In this document: piece by piece, positions 22,501 through 31,870 of the stretch | Layout of the letters: each line of letters opens with the position of its first letter | How positions within the stretch are numbered: the first letter of the stretch is position 1 | Origin: Trichomonas gallinae | Lineage: Eukaryota | DNA length: 52,979 bases | Direction: 5' to 3' | Assembly: GCA_008369845.1 (NCBI GenBank) | Contig: MRSU01004216.1 | Span: forward strand, 1 to 52,979 | The notes under the pieces: model-generated | Database searches by the model: none | The model's input: the letters and a program-made list of their open reading frames with translations, nothing else | What the model was told of the DNA's origin: nothing | Translations under genes and position numbers: made by a program

Positions 22501-22603
22501 CTGACTCCAGGTGATTTTTGTACTTCTCATATTCACGGTTTTCTGTGTCTAGCGAAGATAAAGACTCATGGAGGCCTTTGATCATTGCTTCATCTCCGCT
22601 CAT
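19595..22603 (-). CDS. Coiled-coil protein with central 8 x ~37-aa charged repeats, 1002 aa
   Basis: Long ORF with heptad-rich N- and C-terminal regions flanking RHVVKENGDEYDYVYSENEDGTKG.KKRYKK repeats. Confidence 0.85.
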   Translation of the reverse strand: MSGDEAMIKGLHESLSSLDTENREYEKYKNHLESAISSVLSANERLLKSYNERCGILDKTNKSIKEYDRTIKENQAKLNKLRVKNATLKKFVVDQSPNQTILAMKKLSKKYKEDTEEIEQHVLEMLKNNPNVDEVQQLINNQKGLYKSLREANNKLRAERELAVNQAIQFDNENGKQLEKLLQILLQKIKENNRLYRELENTKLNTTNLQNKKINEDEIIEYFDLIDLLDEDDFEDENLRSLARGESIDSIKFGSHDKIPDSLLQQGSKKQGRFNRHVVKENGDEYDYVYSENEDGTKGTKKRYKKGDKKITRHVIKDNGDEYDYEYSENEDGTKGTKKKYKKYGKKFRRHVVKDNGDEFEYEYSENEDGTKGDKKRYKVGKDKRLSRRVKKENGDEYDYVYSEDEKGNRNDKKRYKKRDKKFTRQVSKENGDEYDYVYSEDEDGEKTNKKKYKKRDKRITRHVIKDNGDEYDYSYSENEDGTKGSKKRHKKYNRHVVKSDGDEYDYVYSENEDGSKGSKKRYKKGDKKFTRRVTKDNGDEYDYIYSENEDGTRGTKTKQKVEKKVKKIHHTNPQTPKKYHHDIEGIELNQEELSKFKSNMEAQMNDTEIMTDYSALQEYRNTENQQKHLNLMLHEKVFNEISALETSIHDIDQSISVNEEIIKQRELELKQKISSLSFQKDVAQFTKEPATTSKSTVDIETLAKSEVEIQDLKNQIAENNAKTSETFLQEQQALDLRDSAAKLELELSVIRLANDRKTNELNGLMAKLKNIDAQDFSSKPERLRQIKMNMSDREKIERRKERLEGVDKILKQREIDLVKLERKVVDLQTINESIQREIREKVASPKIDIKAMCDDLKNSRQKMKDAIRINDFLRIECDALKDTMTSLQQKYNEETEKVLSEKVEKLEQTVEKQKQRFFSLKGVTNSTITLTCDDELLWLQVRLNEIKEAIDVIKMRAGSTATKIDKQIKQCKDLNIPIPEPPEEYEDVLNARFQKRAETYN
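20921..21778 (-). repeat. Coding tandem repeat, ~111-nt unit, 8 copies
   Basis: Eight units of 30-38 aa, each containing (N/D)GDE(Y/F)(D/E)Y.YSE(N/D)E.G. Confidence 0.9.
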
Positions 22604-23237
22604 TCAGCAAAAATGGAGTTTTAAAGTATAAACATATTCCACATGCAATAATTAATAGATATGTTAAGTGTTTTATATATCAAATCGATTTTTAAAAATT
22701 TGTCAAAATTGATTTTGATCAATTTCAATGGGATAATATGATATAAAAGAAGATATATTATAATATACGCGTTTTGGAAATATAAATTCGTTAAAAAAAT
22801 TTCAAAAAATTAGAACCAATAAAATATGTTTTATTTCGATATCCAATTCATGTTAATCATACTATAAGCTAGTACTATACAGTATCATAGTGGCTGTATA
22901 TTAATGGATGAGCAAATAGTGCAGAGATTTTATCATTATGGAACAATATAGCAAAATATCTGTAGGTAATAAAAATATGTTTACGTGTCAAAATAATTGT
23001 ATAATTGTGAAAAATTTGGCATGTAAATGTCAAAAAATAAAATGATCTAAGTTCTTGTGATAATTAGATCTTACAGCCAGTTAGTTTTATATTGTCGAAA
23101 AAATTCAGCTTTAATTCTAGCTGATAAAATTTTAGAAATATTTTATAAGATTAAAAATAATTCAATAATATGTAGTTATAATATTTGTAGCAGTAAAGAG
23201 ATATAGTGAGTGTTTGAAAGGCTAACTTAACAATATT

Positions 23238-23603
23238 TTATTCGACTTCAGGTAAAGAATGAGCTAAATCGAAAACAGCTTTGTAGCATGTTTCAAATTT
23301 GATTTGGTCATCATTGTATCCTAAAACAATGCAATTCTTTCGTTTAACAATAACCAAGCTATTTGTACCTTTCTTTGCGACGACGCATTCAGGATTAATA
23401 TCTGTAACTACGTATGTTTCACCGAGAAAATCGATTCCTTTGAATATTTTTTCACTCTGTGGATCGAAAGCTTCTTTGAAATGGGCAAATTCAGCTGTTG
23501 AGCCATAAAATCCCGGTGTTGATGCCCAAATACCACCATCTAAGCCGATAATTGATCCACCTGTGACTTTTCCTATTAAGTAGTCAACATTGCTGAAACT
23601 CAT
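23238..23603 (-). CDS. Profilin-like protein, 121 aa
   Basis: IIGLDGGIWAS, GIDFLGETYVV and AKKGTNSLVIVK match the profilin fold. Minus-strand Inr TCATT at 23612-23616. Confidence 0.8.
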   Translation of the reverse strand: MSFSNVDYLIGKVTGGSIIGLDGGIWASTPGFYGSTAEFAHFKEAFDPQSEKIFKGIDFLGETYVVTDINPECVVAKKGTNSLVIVKRKNCIVLGYNDDQIKFETCYKAVFDLAHSLPEVE

Positions 23604-23816
23604 AATAAAAAAATGACTTTTAAACTACATAAATATACATATATGTGTATATGCTTTTTAATATTCAATGATTCGCAACCAATTTGTTGAATAAAAATTA
23701 TATCAATAATTTAATATTACTAAATTCGAATATTTTTAAGACGACTGGATTGAGAACAAATAATATGATCTGTTTTATTATTGTTATATAGCTATTTTTT
23801 ACAAACAAAAAATAAA

Positions 23817-25334
23817 TTAGATAAAAATTCTTCCCTGGTTTGCATCTTCTTCTTCCATTGGCCCAACTAAGTTAATAATATGACCACGAAGCTCATTTGC
23901 CCTATCATTATTCGGACGAATTTGAATCGCGTTATCAATGTGTCTTAAAGCCAGTTCATATTCCTTCATGAATGTACAAACCTCAGCGTATTTGAACTGT
24001 ATGAAAAATTGGTTCTTGGAATTCTCATATTGACTTAATAAAATTAATGCATCTTGGAACTGCTGTTCTTCGATGCTCATGTCAACTAGGCAGCCTAAAG
24101 CATCCATGTTCTCAGGATCAGAGCCAAGAGCTTTCAACAATAAAGATCTTGCCTCCGCAGGGTCAGTTTTGCATTGGCTGATCCCTAGTAATGTCACTGC
24201 CATTGCTCCATCAGCTGTTGTTACGTCTGGGAACGTGTTGCAGGCCTCTATGGCGTATACAACTGCCGCTTCTTTGTTTCCTATGAATAACTCGCACTGC
24301 GTCAATGCAATAAATGTATCTATTTCAGGACGAATCCTGTGGCACCTCAAAAAAGATTCTTTTGCTTTTTTGACGCTATTTATTTCTCCCTTAGCGAATC
24401 TAAGAGATCCTTGCCTGTAGTTTGCTCGCCACGAGCTTGGGTCTAAAACTAAAGCGTGGTTAGTGATGTGGAGAGCTTTTGTGCTTTCTTTTTTCAGTTC
24501 TTGGAGATAGCTGAAAGCTACCCATGCATTTGGATTTAACTGATCAATATTCAAGGCATTGACAACTAAATCATTGAGTTTATCAACTTCATTGGCTTCT
24601 TTCAAATAATTTGCGCGAATATCAACAATTTCCATTTCATTTGGTGGCAATTTTGCAGAATAAAGCTTGAATCCATTTGCATCTTTCGTCATATGACAGC
24701 AAATACAAATTTGAGTTATCACTGGGATTAAATTTGGAGAATTGCGATCAATTTCTATTAAAACATTCTTTGCTTGATTGTATTGTCTTATATGCATAAG
24801 TTTTCTGGCTTCTAAATAAGAATTAAATGCAGGATTATTCGGATGTGGAACAAAGTCATTGTAACCGAGTGAAATAAGCATCTCAACCAATTCAAATGAG
24901 TAAGGGTATTGTGTATATGCTGTAAGAATAAATGGAAAAGCTTTATTTTCCATACATGGTGTTCGATCTATTTTCAAATAGCATTTTCCGGCTAATATAT
25001 TAAGTTTTATGCTTTTATCGAGATTATCGAATATTGGGTTCTGCAAAATTAAAGAAATTCCGCTGTATTTGTTTATTTTGATATAAGATTCGAGTAAAAT
25101 TTCAAAATATGTATTTAAAACTAGTGGATTTTGTATATCATCGATATTTAAATTCTCTAGAAGCTCGCATGCTTCATTGTACTTATTCTGATTTAATAAT
25201 GCGTTTGCTTTAGCGATAATAAATTCTTTGGACTGTAAACTATTCATATCATTCCATAATATAACCGAATTGTTCATCCCCATTGAGCATAATTGCAGCA
25301 AATCTTCAAAAGAAGGCTGAAAAACATCAGACAT
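23817..25334 (-). CDS. TPR-repeat protein, APC7/Cdc27-like, 505 aa
   Basis: First ATG at 25334 (the track uses GTG 25355). Multiple TPRs (NPNAWVAFS, ALVLDPSSWRA, ALGSDPENMDAL, AIQIRPNNDRA) whose order and spacing resemble ANAPC7. Confidence 0.7.
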   Translation of the reverse strand: MSDVFQPSFEDLLQLCSMGMNNSVILWNDMNSLQSKEFIIAKANALLNQNKYNEACELLENLNIDDIQNPLVLNTYFEILLESYIKINKYSGISLILQNPIFDNLDKSIKLNILAGKCYLKIDRTPCMENKAFPFILTAYTQYPYSFELVEMLISLGYNDFVPHPNNPAFNSYLEARKLMHIRQYNQAKNVLIEIDRNSPNLIPVITQICICCHMTKDANGFKLYSAKLPPNEMEIVDIRANYLKEANEVDKLNDLVVNALNIDQLNPNAWVAFSYLQELKKESTKALHITNHALVLDPSSWRANYRQGSLRFAKGEINSVKKAKESFLRCHRIRPEIDTFIALTQCELFIGNKEAAVVYAIEACNTFPDVTTADGAMAVTLLGISQCKTDPAEARSLLLKALGSDPENMDALGCLVDMSIEEQQFQDALILLSQYENSKNQFFIQFKYAEVCTFMKEYELALRHIDNAIQIRPNNDRANELRGHIINLVGPMEEEDANQGRIFI

Positions 25335-25522
25335 TTTATAATAATAAACGTGCACTTTTTATATGTAAACCTTAGAATTTTTGGTGATATTACGGGCGCG
25401 GAAGCAAATATGATTAGAGTAACTAGACAAGTCTGTAAGTCAGAGACAAATGTTGTCTGGGCTTAGACAATGTTTCTTTAGTCTTCACAAGGTTTGTATA
25501 TATCTATTATTGATTATTTCAC

Positions 25523-25679
25523 TTTACATGACAAATTCATGACATTTTTATTGTTTACGTGTCATATTATATTTTTTGACGATTTACAATGACAGAATTT
25601 TTGGATTGAATTGAAAATAATCGTAGGTTACATTTATACGTTATTTATATTACATGACAGATATGATATTTACGTGACA
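25523..25679 (+). promoter_or_regulatory. Cluster of TTTAC(A/G)TG(A/T)CA-like motifs in a divergent promoter
   Basis: Copies at 25523, 25554, 25583 (one-base insertion), 25649 (one mismatch) and 25669. Confidence 0.4.
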
Positions 25680-25686
25680 ATAGCAA

Positions 25687-26322
25687 ATGGGTAACGAAAT
25701 TTCTGCTTCAAACTCAATCTCTTATTATCAGAAAGAGTTATGCGGCGGTGATGATGAGGAGGAAGAAAAGATACCTATATTTAAACTAAGTAAGATCAGA
25801 TTAATGGAAAATCACGATATTGAAGAAAATTCATTGGTTTTTCTTTATTCACTCGATAAAGATCAGGATGGTTATGTAAACAAATCTGACATTGAAAAAT
25901 TCATCAGGTTCCTTCAGCAAGCTCAACTAGATCCAAATGATTGCGATTTTGGATTCAAATGCGGAGCTTATTGCACAGAAACGCTTTGTAAGATACTCAT
26001 TGACCAAAATAAAGATGCTTTGAAAGACTGGGTATTAGTTGCAATTTCAACATCTTTTCAAGTTTTGGAATCTGACGATATAAAGTTTATTGATGGCGAT
26101 GCTGTCAAACGTTTATATGATTTACTACAAATACAACAGCTTCTTGGAAGAAATTTCCAATGGGTTTTAGATATGCTGCAGCGTCATGCTGAAGCCAATC
26201 TAAAAATGAACCTCAATGATCCTGCTTTTGATGATTTAGTTCCAATAGATACAATTATTAGTTTAGTTCAGCAAATTACGAATGGAATGGTAGAAAGTTA
26301 TTCATCTTTGACAAAACATTGA
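25687..26322 (+). CDS. EF-hand protein with predicted N-myristoylation, 211 aa
   Basis: MGNEIS (G2/S6 consensus) and EF-hand loop DKDQDGYVNKSD. Confidence 0.75.
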   Translation: MGNEISASNSISYYQKELCGGDDEEEEKIPIFKLSKIRLMENHDIEENSLVFLYSLDKDQDGYVNKSDIEKFIRFLQQAQLDPNDCDFGFKCGAYCTETLCKILIDQNKDALKDWVLVAISTSFQVLESDDIKFIDGDAVKRLYDLLQIQQLLGRNFQWVLDMLQRHAEANLKMNLNDPAFDDLVPIDTIISLVQQITNGMVESYSSLTKH

Positions 26323-26441
26323 AGCATTGTTAGTTTTTGTTCTAAAATTGTAAATATTTTTATGTTTTTTATATATTAACAAAACAGTAGATTTTATATT
26401 AAAAATAACAAAAGTAATATAGATAGTATGTTAATTGCGTA

Positions 26442-26822
26442 TTAGAAGATCTTCAAAACTTGATATTGAATTGCGGCAATTTTTGTTTCTAAATCCGAGC
26501 TGACGTATATTGTTGAAATAAAACCATGTATATTATCGGTGAATTTAGCAGTTCCAAATAATGTAACATTAAACCATCCACCAGAATTCGGTAATTCTTG
26601 AACATTATAACCGTGTATTTGTATGCTTCCGACTTCTTTAAGGACATCATAGAAGTTCAATATTTCGCTTTTGCCATTAAACGTTTGAGAATCATTTACA
26701 AGAATAAATTCGATTCTAGAATCATCAGAAAACAATGTTTCGAATTCAACTCTGTCAGCTGTGAAATATTTGTCCTTTAAGTAATCGGCAACGGATATTG
26801 CATCCTGGCTTATTGATGCCAT
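26442..26822 (-). CDS. NTF2-like domain protein, 126 aa
   Basis: Size and pattern (LFSDDSRIEF, FNGKSEILNFY, VTLFGT) fit NTF2/NXT. Minus-strand Inr TCATA at 26827-26831. Confidence 0.65.
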   Translation of the reverse strand: MASISQDAISVADYLKDKYFTADRVEFETLFSDDSRIEFILVNDSQTFNGKSEILNFYDVLKEVGSIQIHGYNVQELPNSGGWFNVTLFGTAKFTDNIHGFISTIYVSSDLETKIAAIQYQVLKIF

Positions 26823-27401
26823 TACTTATGAAATAATCGTTTTCCCCACAATTTAACCTTTCGTTTTTTTTCATTATATTCTATTCATATTATAGCAATA
26901 TGAATATCATAGGAAAACTTTTATTATCTTATAGATTATGTTTATGTGAGCAAATCAATGCATTCTTGACATTTTGATTTTTCAAAAAATATTTTTTGAT
27001 TGATCGCATATGTATTGAAAAATAAACTTTTATAGAAGATTTCTGTTATTATTGATGTATAAAAATTATAATATTTCAGTTATATTATAAATAATATTTT
27101 TTGCATCACAAAGTGATTATTATAGAGTCTAAATAGCGTACCCTGGAGTTGTAGCTTGCTATAATCCCATAATCTGATCAAATTGTTATTTCGAAAAGTA
27201 TATTTGGTTCTCGAAAAATATCTTATAGTCAATATTTATAGGATCCGACTTATTTGTCAGTGGTCGTAAAACTAGAAGTCAAACACTTCCAAATATCTGT
27301 AAATTGTTTGTAATGAAAGAATCAAAAGGAAGAAACACCAGAACAAGAATAAGAACTGATGTATTTGTAATTTTTTTTTAAATTTCTTCATTAGATGAAA
27401 T

Positions 27402-27989
27402 CTAATTTTTCATTAAAAGAAGTTTCTTTTGTAAATCAATTGTTTTTCTTTCTGTTGTAGCAAGTTTCTTTTGTTGAGCTTCAAGTTCGTCGTTCATAAG
27501 TCTTAATGCATCATCCATACCAACAAGAACTGGTCTTGTCTCGGATAAATGCTTGTTGCATTCTGTAACTTTGTTCGTAATAGATTCCAAGCGTGCTAAA
27601 GCACTTTGAACCTCTTCTTCTTTTTGTTGAATTTTTTCGTGCAAAGCTAAAATACGTTTGAATCGTCTTGCTTCTAATTTCAAGCCAAGAAATTCCAATT
27701 TGTCAATAATCGGAAGAATACTTTCTTTTGTCATGATTTCAATCGGAATATAATCTGAGAAGTATTGTGCTGTATCTTTTCCTTTTCCAAATAACTTAAT
27801 GAAAAACTCGCTTGTCTTTTTTGGATCAGGGAAGTTAATATTCGGATTTTTCAAAATCAAATCAATTAATTCATCAGGCATATTAAGGAATTCGTCGTTT
27901 TCAACAAACGCTGGCATATTTTGTGCAATCGTGTCTATGCATTTCTCTGGGTCTCCTGCTCCTTGTAGAGCTGCTGCTAATTCTTCCAT
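27402..27989 (-). CDS. Hypothetical protein (BACK-like helix segment + C-terminal coiled coil), 195 aa
   Basis: NDEFLNMPDELIDLILKNP resembles a BACK segment; heptad-rich tail. AAAGTGAC at 27992-27999 just upstream. Confidence 0.7.
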   Translation of the reverse strand: MEELAAALQGAGDPEKCIDTIAQNMPAFVENDEFLNMPDELIDLILKNPNINFPDPKKTSEFFIKLFGKGKDTAQYFSDYIPIEIMTKESILPIIDKLEFLGLKLEARRFKRILALHEKIQQKEEEVQSALARLESITNKVTECNKHLSETRPVLVGMDDALRLMNDELEAQQKKLATTERKTIDLQKKLLLMKN

Positions 27990-29214
27990 TTGTCACTTTT
28001 CAAATTATTGCTTTTCTTATCATCTTGTCGTAGCAGCAAAATCAACCAAAAATAGTTGGTTATTTTTGCTAAGATGGCTTCAATCTATGCATTCACTAAT
28101 ACATCATATTGATTAAATTCGAAATTAAATTATCAAATAAATATTGCTAAGTGAACATGATATTAATAAAGATTGCAAGATTTTACAATTCAACAAATCT
28201 TCTGTTTAGCATTCATTACTTGATTAATTCTCTCTAATCCACTCAAGAATTTTATTTAACTAGTATCCCTAACTATGAGATGAAAACCACAACAATATAT
28301 TAATCTTATATGATCATTTATGATCTTAGAACTATATTTAAAAACCTCAAAATAAGATTAGATTTGTTGCTAAGTAATTATCAAAAGATAACAATGTAGA
28401 ATCGAATTTATCAGTTGTACTATTAATTCATATACAATAAAACATGCATTCTCGATTGCTTTTTTTTTTTCTCTATGTTAAGAAATTAATGGATTGATTA
28501 AAACTATGATGAAATATATTGTTCTACTCTTCTATATTGATAATTTAACTTTAAAACTGTGTTTTAACTTGATTTTGATTAAAAATCTCGAAATGAAGAG
28601 TTCACAATCCTAAAATAATTCAAACTAATTAGTATCGAAATGTTAGTAATTTCTCAATGTTATTAACCCTTAATCGCTAAAAATGAGGTATTTTTCAGAC
28701 GAACACACTGAAAATGTGAAGTGTGTTGTAAATATAACACCTACTCATTGTAAACTAACTATATGTATAATCTATTCAGTCGTAACAAATCAAAAATACG
28801 ATAAGAAAAAATTGCTGTACATTCGGCCAAAATAATTTTAAAGTTTCGTTTCGCAGATAAATACCCTCCTAACAGGTTGTAGTATACCTATATTACGCAT
28901 TTTCTCTGGAAATACGCTACATTTTTCAACCGCAAAAATGGATTTGAAGGGAAATTTTATCGATTTTTTCATAGCCACCACATTTGACTTTAAAGTGATT
29001 TCTCTCCATATACAGCCTTGGGTGGATGTAGATGTGATTATGGATTGATCCGATTTCCCTTATTAACAATATAAATATGGTCATCTGACCAAAAATCTTA
29101 TTAAATTTTTTTTATGAAAATAGCTCTAGTTTGTTATGTAGCGTTTGATTTTTGATTTCCTCAGAATTTGTGGCTATGAAAATTGAATGGGTAAATTTTT
29201 CCGAAAGGAAGACT

Positions 29215-29226
29215 TCATTTTCATCA
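29215..29226 (+). promoter_or_regulatory. Tandem initiator-like elements (TCATTT TCATC) of SAM synthetase
   Basis: Located 5-17 nt upstream of ATG 29232. Confidence 0.6.
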
Positions 29227-29231
29227 AAGAG

Positions 29232-30389
29232 ATGACACAGAGGTTCCTCTTCACCAGTGAGTCCGTCACAGAAGGCCACCCAGATAAGATGTGCGACATC
29301 ATTTCAGATACAATCCTTGATGCTTGCTTGGCACAGGATCCAACATCAAAAGTTGCATGCGAAACAGCTACAAAGACAGGCATTGTCTGCCTTCTCGGTG
29401 AACTTACATCCAATGCTCACCTCGATTACCAAAAACTCGTCCGTGATGCAGTAAGAAAGATCGGATACACATCATCCAAGCTCTGCTTCGATGCTGACAC
29501 ATGCGCTGTCATGGTTTCCATGTCACAGCAGTCTCCTGATATCGCCCAGGCTGTCCACCTCAACAAGGCCGCCGAAGAACTCGGCGCTGGCGACCAGGGC
29601 ATCATGTTCGGTTACGCTACAGACGAAACACCAGAGCTCTTCCCACTCACACACGTTCTCGCTCACAAGCTCGCCCTCAAGCTCACAGAAGTCCGCAAGA
29701 ATGGCACACTCCCATTCTTAGGCCCAGATGGCAAGACTCAGGTCACAGTGGAGTACGAGCGCACAAACGGCGCCCTCAAGCCACTCAGAATCCACACAGT
29801 CCTCATCTCCACAATGCACACAGATGATGTCACACTCGAGAAGCTCCGCGTCGAAGTCAAGAACCACGTCATCGATGCTGTCCTTCCAAAGAACCTCGTC
29901 GACGACAAGACAATCCTTCACATCAACCCAGGTGGCAGATTCGTCATCGGCGGCCCACTCGGCGATTCCGGCCTCACAGGCAGAAAGATCATTGTCGACT
30001 CCTACGGTGGCTGGGGCGCTCACGGTGGTGGTGCTTTCTCCGGCAAGGATCCATCCAAGGTCGATAGATCTGCTTGCTACGCTGCAAGATGGGTTGCTAA
30101 GTCTCTCGTCGCTGCAGGCCTCTGCTCAAGATGCTTAGTCCAACTCTCATATGCTATCGGTGTTGCTCACCCACTCTCCATCTTCGTCGATACTTACGGC
30201 ACAGGCAAGGGCAAGACAGATGAAGAGATCGTCGAAATCGTCAACAAGAATTTCGACCTCAGACCATACGCCATCATCAGAGATCTTGACCTCCTCAGAC
30301 CAATCTACGCACAGACAGCTGCTTATGGTCACTTCGGCCGTACTGATATTGATCTTCCATGGGAAAAGGTTAAGGAAATCAAGTTCTAA
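29232..30389 (+). CDS. MAT: S-adenosylmethionine synthetase (methionine adenosyltransferase), 385 aa
   Basis: [49 protein letters not shown] and YGHFGR. Strong C-ending codon bias suggests high expression. Start moved to ATG 29232 because of the Inr and homology. Confidence 0.98.
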   Translation: MTQRFLFTSESVTEGHPDKMCDIISDTILDACLAQDPTSKVACETATKTGIVCLLGELTSNAHLDYQKLVRDAVRKIGYTSSKLCFDADTCAVMVSMSQQSPDIAQAVHLNKAAEELGAGDQGIMFGYATDETPELFPLTHVLAHKLALKLTEVRKNGTLPFLGPDGKTQVTVEYERTNGALKPLRIHTVLISTMHTDDVTLEKLRVEVKNHVIDAVLPKNLVDDKTILHINPGGRFVIGGPLGDSGLTGRKIIVDSYGGWGAHGGGAFSGKDPSKVDRSACYAARWVAKSLVAAGLCSRCLVQLSYAIGVAHPLSIFVDTYGTGKGKTDEEIVEIVNKNFDLRPYAIIRDLDLLRPIYAQTAAYGHFGRTDIDLPWEKVKEIKF

Positions 30390-30430
30390 GTCATATAGAT
30401 ATATATAATAGAGTTTATTAAAAATGTCAG

Positions 30431-30439
30431 TACAGAGAA
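30431..30439 (+). promoter_or_regulatory. METTL16-type recognition nonamer TACAGAGAA in the MAT 3' region
   Basis: Exact match to the U6/MAT2A-hairpin consensus, 41 nt after the stop. Flanked by TTTATT/AATAAA complementary arms and TAAA signals at 30419 and 30440. Confidence 0.5.
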
Positions 30440-30756
30440 TAAAGTTTCTTCTTTTAGCTTCAAAAATTATTGAAATTTTTATTGTCATTATTTGAGCAAT
30501 AATTTTAGAACATTGATGTCTTTTAGCATTTTCAATCATTGATTTGCTAAAATTTGAGAGTTTTATCAAAAATTATTTGCATAATTTAGTAAATATGGAT
30601 TTTAATCTTGTGAAATCTATATAATGATAATACAAGTGATACATTTGTATTTAGTAATGTTTGATTAATAGAGATTGATTAATAAGAAATAAATTTCTAA
30701 GATCTATTCTTGAAATTAGAGATTTACTCATTTTTGATATTATTCTACATCATTCA

Positions 30757-31130
30757 TTGATAAAGTATCATGAGGAACAAAACAAGTTTTGTGTGGAAAG
30801 TTTAAAAATATTATTTTCGATTTTTTCTCCTGATTGGAAAGAAAACGCAGAGAATGTAAAATACTTCGTATTAGATGGAAGTTTCTTCAAATGCAGAAGT
30901 GTGGAGGAAATTTACATGGCAAATAAAAATGATATATTGAAAGATTGTCCTTGTTGTTGATGATTCGTATGACATGCTTGGAAATCATAAGGTGGAAGTG
31001 ATGATAAAGAATTGGGGAAAATACACCAATATTGATCATCCTTGAAAATATCTGTTGTGGGGATGAAGCAGTTGTTTAGCAAAAATATGCTTAAAACACT
31101 TGAGTCACGAACTAAAATGGCATGATTAAT
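30757..31130 (+). pseudogene. Possible degraded coding fragment
   Basis: Coding-like composition over short, frame-shifted, stop-interrupted frames. No family recognised. Confidence 0.2.
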
Positions 31131-31870
31131 GCATATTTATTAGTTCTATGTTTTTTTGTCGAAAGATAATTGATTATTCAATTTCAATTGAATTTTGAAT
31201 AAAAGCATAAAAGTTTGTTAATAATCCATAACGAGGCGAGAATTGATTTCTGCATGATATTCAATGTATAAAATAAGGAAAGTTAAATGAAGCTCGTTAT
31301 TTTTTGAATTGAAATATCTATTTGGCTCAAAAAAACTATAGATATCAATTGCATATAAGGTAAGAAATAGAGAAAATACAACAAATCTCGTAAAGTGACA
31401 TGAATCACTTAAAATATTTTATTTTGATTTATGTTATCATACAACATGGCAATGATTTATCTAAGACGACATAAAATCGCAAATACTGCTATCTCTCAAA
31501 ATTCAATCGATGATGATATAAATTTGAAAAGCCCATTTTCAATTAAATTCAATTATTTTGTTCGTTTTTTAAAATAATCAATTATCTTAAATATTATATT
31601 ATTTATTATCCATAATACTACACAAGTAGAATTTATTTCGATTTTATGATTGTTTTGGAGCGTTCCATATTTATAAAGAATATTTTGCAGTATAAATAGA
31701 AAATAAAATAATTCAGAAAGCTTCTCAAAATTTATTAAATGCTTTACATTGAAATTATTTTGACATGATATATGTATATTTGTATTTCTTGTTAAAATAA
31801 GCAAAAATATTTTTGGGATCATTACTAAAATTGAATGTCGTTCAAAAGTTACTCATTAAAAAAATATATA

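Noticed and set aside
28663..28680. TTAACCCT resembling a piggyBac end
   Set aside because: No matching AGGGTTAA end or transposase found.
29187..29231. In-frame upstream ATG giving MAT a 15-aa extension
   Set aside because: It lies upstream of the Inr elements at 29215-29226, and MAT homology begins at MTQRFLF.
3668..30389. Functional linkage of the methyltransferase and SAM synthetase
   Set aside because: They are about 25 kb apart with many unrelated genes between, and eukaryotic gene order gives no support.
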